Assembly: GCA_964106645.2 (NCBI GenBank)
Contig: OZ067043.1
DNA length: 64,000 nt
Direction: 5' to 3' (one strand)
DNA from: Podarcis pityusensis
Lineage: Eukaryota
Shown here: piece by piece, positions 61,444 through 64,000 of the stretch
Layout of the letters: every line of letters begins with the position of its first letter
Numbering within the stretch: position 1 is the stretch's first letter
Notes under the pieces: model-generated
Seen by the model: the letters and a program-made list of their open reading frames with translations, nothing else
What the model was told of the DNA's origin: nothing
Databases searched by the model: none
Position numbers and translations under genes: made by a program

Positions 61444-64000
61444 TATAATGCTTTGCTCAGAATTATTGCTCAGCAGAGCCAAAGTCCCCAGTTCTACTGT
61501 GGCCTCCATGTTATAAGATATATTGCTTGAAGTTGAATCTAACTTCTGTACTTGTAGAAGAATGCTATTTCCATTCAGCCGATTTCCATATGGTAAAACA
61601 AGCTTTATGAAAAGAGGTGGCCTAAACATATTCTGCCTCTGTATTATCCTGTCCGGGAATAAACTTGCAAACATTATTCCAAGTCCTCAGTATAAAGTGG
61701 CTGAGAAGGGCCTCTGCCATAGTGGTGCCTTCAGTTTCTAGATTCATGGACTGAATGCTTGCTTTCTTCTACATATGCAGATGAACACCCTAAAAGTTTC
61801 TTCCAGCTAAGAGGCTTATAGTTAACTCACCACTGCAAAGCAGCCATGGGGCTAGAGGTAAGTTTTTTGGGTTTCGGGTGGGTGGGTGGGTTTGCATGAT
61901 TTGTAGCTCATTTGTTTCTCAGGTCATTTATTATCTAAACAGACATTTCTTTTGTTTTCTCTTTTTGCTGGGTAATAGTCTAATAAAATACTCTCTTCTG
62001 AACTTTGTTTGATTCACCACAGAAATTTTATACTGCAAAGAAACGAAATGAATTATTTTCACAAGAGATATAAAAGGTCACATCCTCCATTTGTCCTGTA
62101 AACACTGGCCTGATTCAAGCAATCATCTAAACAACAGTTTCACTTGGGAAAATGAAACTTTCTGCTTTCACTTTATTACAAACCACAATTCTGGATTATG
62201 GTATAAACTTGGGGAACAGTAGTTTATTCTTACCAAAGTTAGTTAAACTAAAGCAGGATTAAAACTTCTCTTTTCTTTGCTTACATTGGTTTTTTAGCTA
62301 ACTGTGGTTAGAACAAACCACGGTTTCCCAAATTAGCATGTTAACTTATAACAAACTGTGGTTTGTTCTAAGAGTAGGAGCAGAAACTTCCACTCCTATG
62401 AAACAGGAGGATAGGAGATTGGGAATGAACCATAGCAAGTCCTGGGCCCTAGGAGTCACCTAAACCAGGGACAGGGAACATTTGGATGTCTAGCTGTTGC
62501 TGGACTACAAATTCCATTATCAGTGGCCATAGGCCATGCTGGCTGAGGCTGATGGAGCCCACAATATCTGGGGAACCATAGATCACCCATAAACCATTTT
62601 TTTTGTAATTGTCTAAATTAGGCCATTGTCTTTTGTACCATATTCTATTTGCATTATCTGGCAATATATATATAATATTAAGGATTCTCTTAAATTCACA
62701 CTGTTTTTTGGCATCCGTCTGTCTTGAGAGACAATGGATGAAGTCAAACCACTGGAGAATCACAGTGCCTGCAGTTGCTGCAGAGACCAGTAACTCATAA
62801 CTGTTGTCTTCCACATTGTTTTGGCTGCATTAGCAGCACCATAGTGACCTCTCCGGGGTGCAAGCCTAAGGCATTGTGTATGGAGGTCCTGGGTTGCCCA
62901 GATGACAATACCCCCACATCTCGGCCTTGCTGATGTGGTCCAAAAGAAAGCAGAGTACATTCAGCACCAGCTTGGCTGCAGAAGTTACCAGAATGAGGCA
63001 TACAAGAGGTCATCCAATTCTCTTAAGGACCCTACTCTGGATTTGTGTAGGGTTTACTCAGCCTTTTCTTCTCCAAAGATGTCCTATAAGGCAGCGGGTA
63101 TGGATTTTTCCTCAGGGGTTACTCTGAAGCCTTTTTCACAAGTGAGTATAGCAGCTGGGCTCAGTTTTCCTCCTGCTAGATAGGCTACCTTTCAAGGTTG
63201 ACAAGTCCCATCTACCTCTCACTTCCCTCTACAGCACGTGCAGAAACCGCCTTCTTGACCTGTGGACCCACTATTGGTCTTGTCTGCTCAATAAAGTAAA
63301 ACCCAAACAAGTAGGCCCCACTCTGAAGCCTATATTTGAAATAAGGACCTGATTAGAGAAAACATTCTGTTATTTGATTTCTCATGAAGGGAAGTTTAGT
63401 TCAAAGCAGACATGCAATATCCTAATTGGATCAAGGGAGCAGTGCTGGGCAAGGATGGTGTCTAACCCCTTTCTGCATGCAATATCCTTGTTCTAATCTA
63501 AATAATCCTCCATGCTACTATTTGGATCAGGAGAATAGCTGTGGATAGAAGGGTTAAAAACCTCTTGCACATCACAGCTTCCTGATCTGACTCAGAGAGA
63601 CCATTTGCATGCTTGTACCTAAAAAAAAAAAAAAAAAAAAAAATTGTAGGAGGAGGTCCAGTTCTGCATCTAATCTAGTTTGGTTCTAAGAGGAGGAAAA
63701 AGAAAAGGGCAGAGATGAAAAATCAGTTTTTAAAAGACAGAGGTGAGAGGTAAGGATCTGATCCGCTGAAAATCCTTTCATTGTAAGGTGCAGGTAGGGG
63801 GATAGTTGTTGAACTTGACAACCTTGAAACCAATTTCAAGCACACAGATTCAAAAGTTAAGAATGAGTGGTGTGATATTATTATACTGTGTGCTCACTGG
63901 GAATGCAAATTCCTCAACTGCAGGCCTCAATGTGTGCCCTTCCATACAACCTCTCGGAAGCTTGCTGACTCTAAACACATTTCTGAATTCCAAGTGAAAT

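Overview
Vertebrate genomic DNA, almost certainly a squamate and probably a lacertid lizard (Sauria SINEs, BovB, CR1, tRNA-SINEs, hAT and Tc1/mariner MITEs). It covers the conserved ERICH3-CRYZ-TYW3 block: the first two coding exons of ERICH3 (- strand), all 8 coding exons of CRYZ (- strand, 330 aa) and all 6 coding exons of TYW3 (+ strand, 266 aa), with CRYZ and TYW3 head-to-head. About 21 kb with no recognisable gene follows. The standout is an intact, very young chromodomain-bearing Ty3/gypsy LTR retrotransposon (37388-42878; 408-bp LTRs with 1 mismatch; TATGC target-site duplication, TSD) starting 268 nt after the TYW3 stop. It has an 11-nt Tf1/sushi-type self-priming site, a gag-pol pseudoknot behind a non-canonical slip site, and a pol ORF running 100 codons into the 3' LTR. 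Its integrase tail carries two tandem motifs resembling LEDGF-IBD/TFIIS-N-domain-binding (FxGF) motifs, a candidate undescribed integration-tethering mechanism. A 2.1-kb internally deleted L1 derivative with TSDs and nested MITE/SINE insertions are also present. All calls were made by eye; no database search was run.
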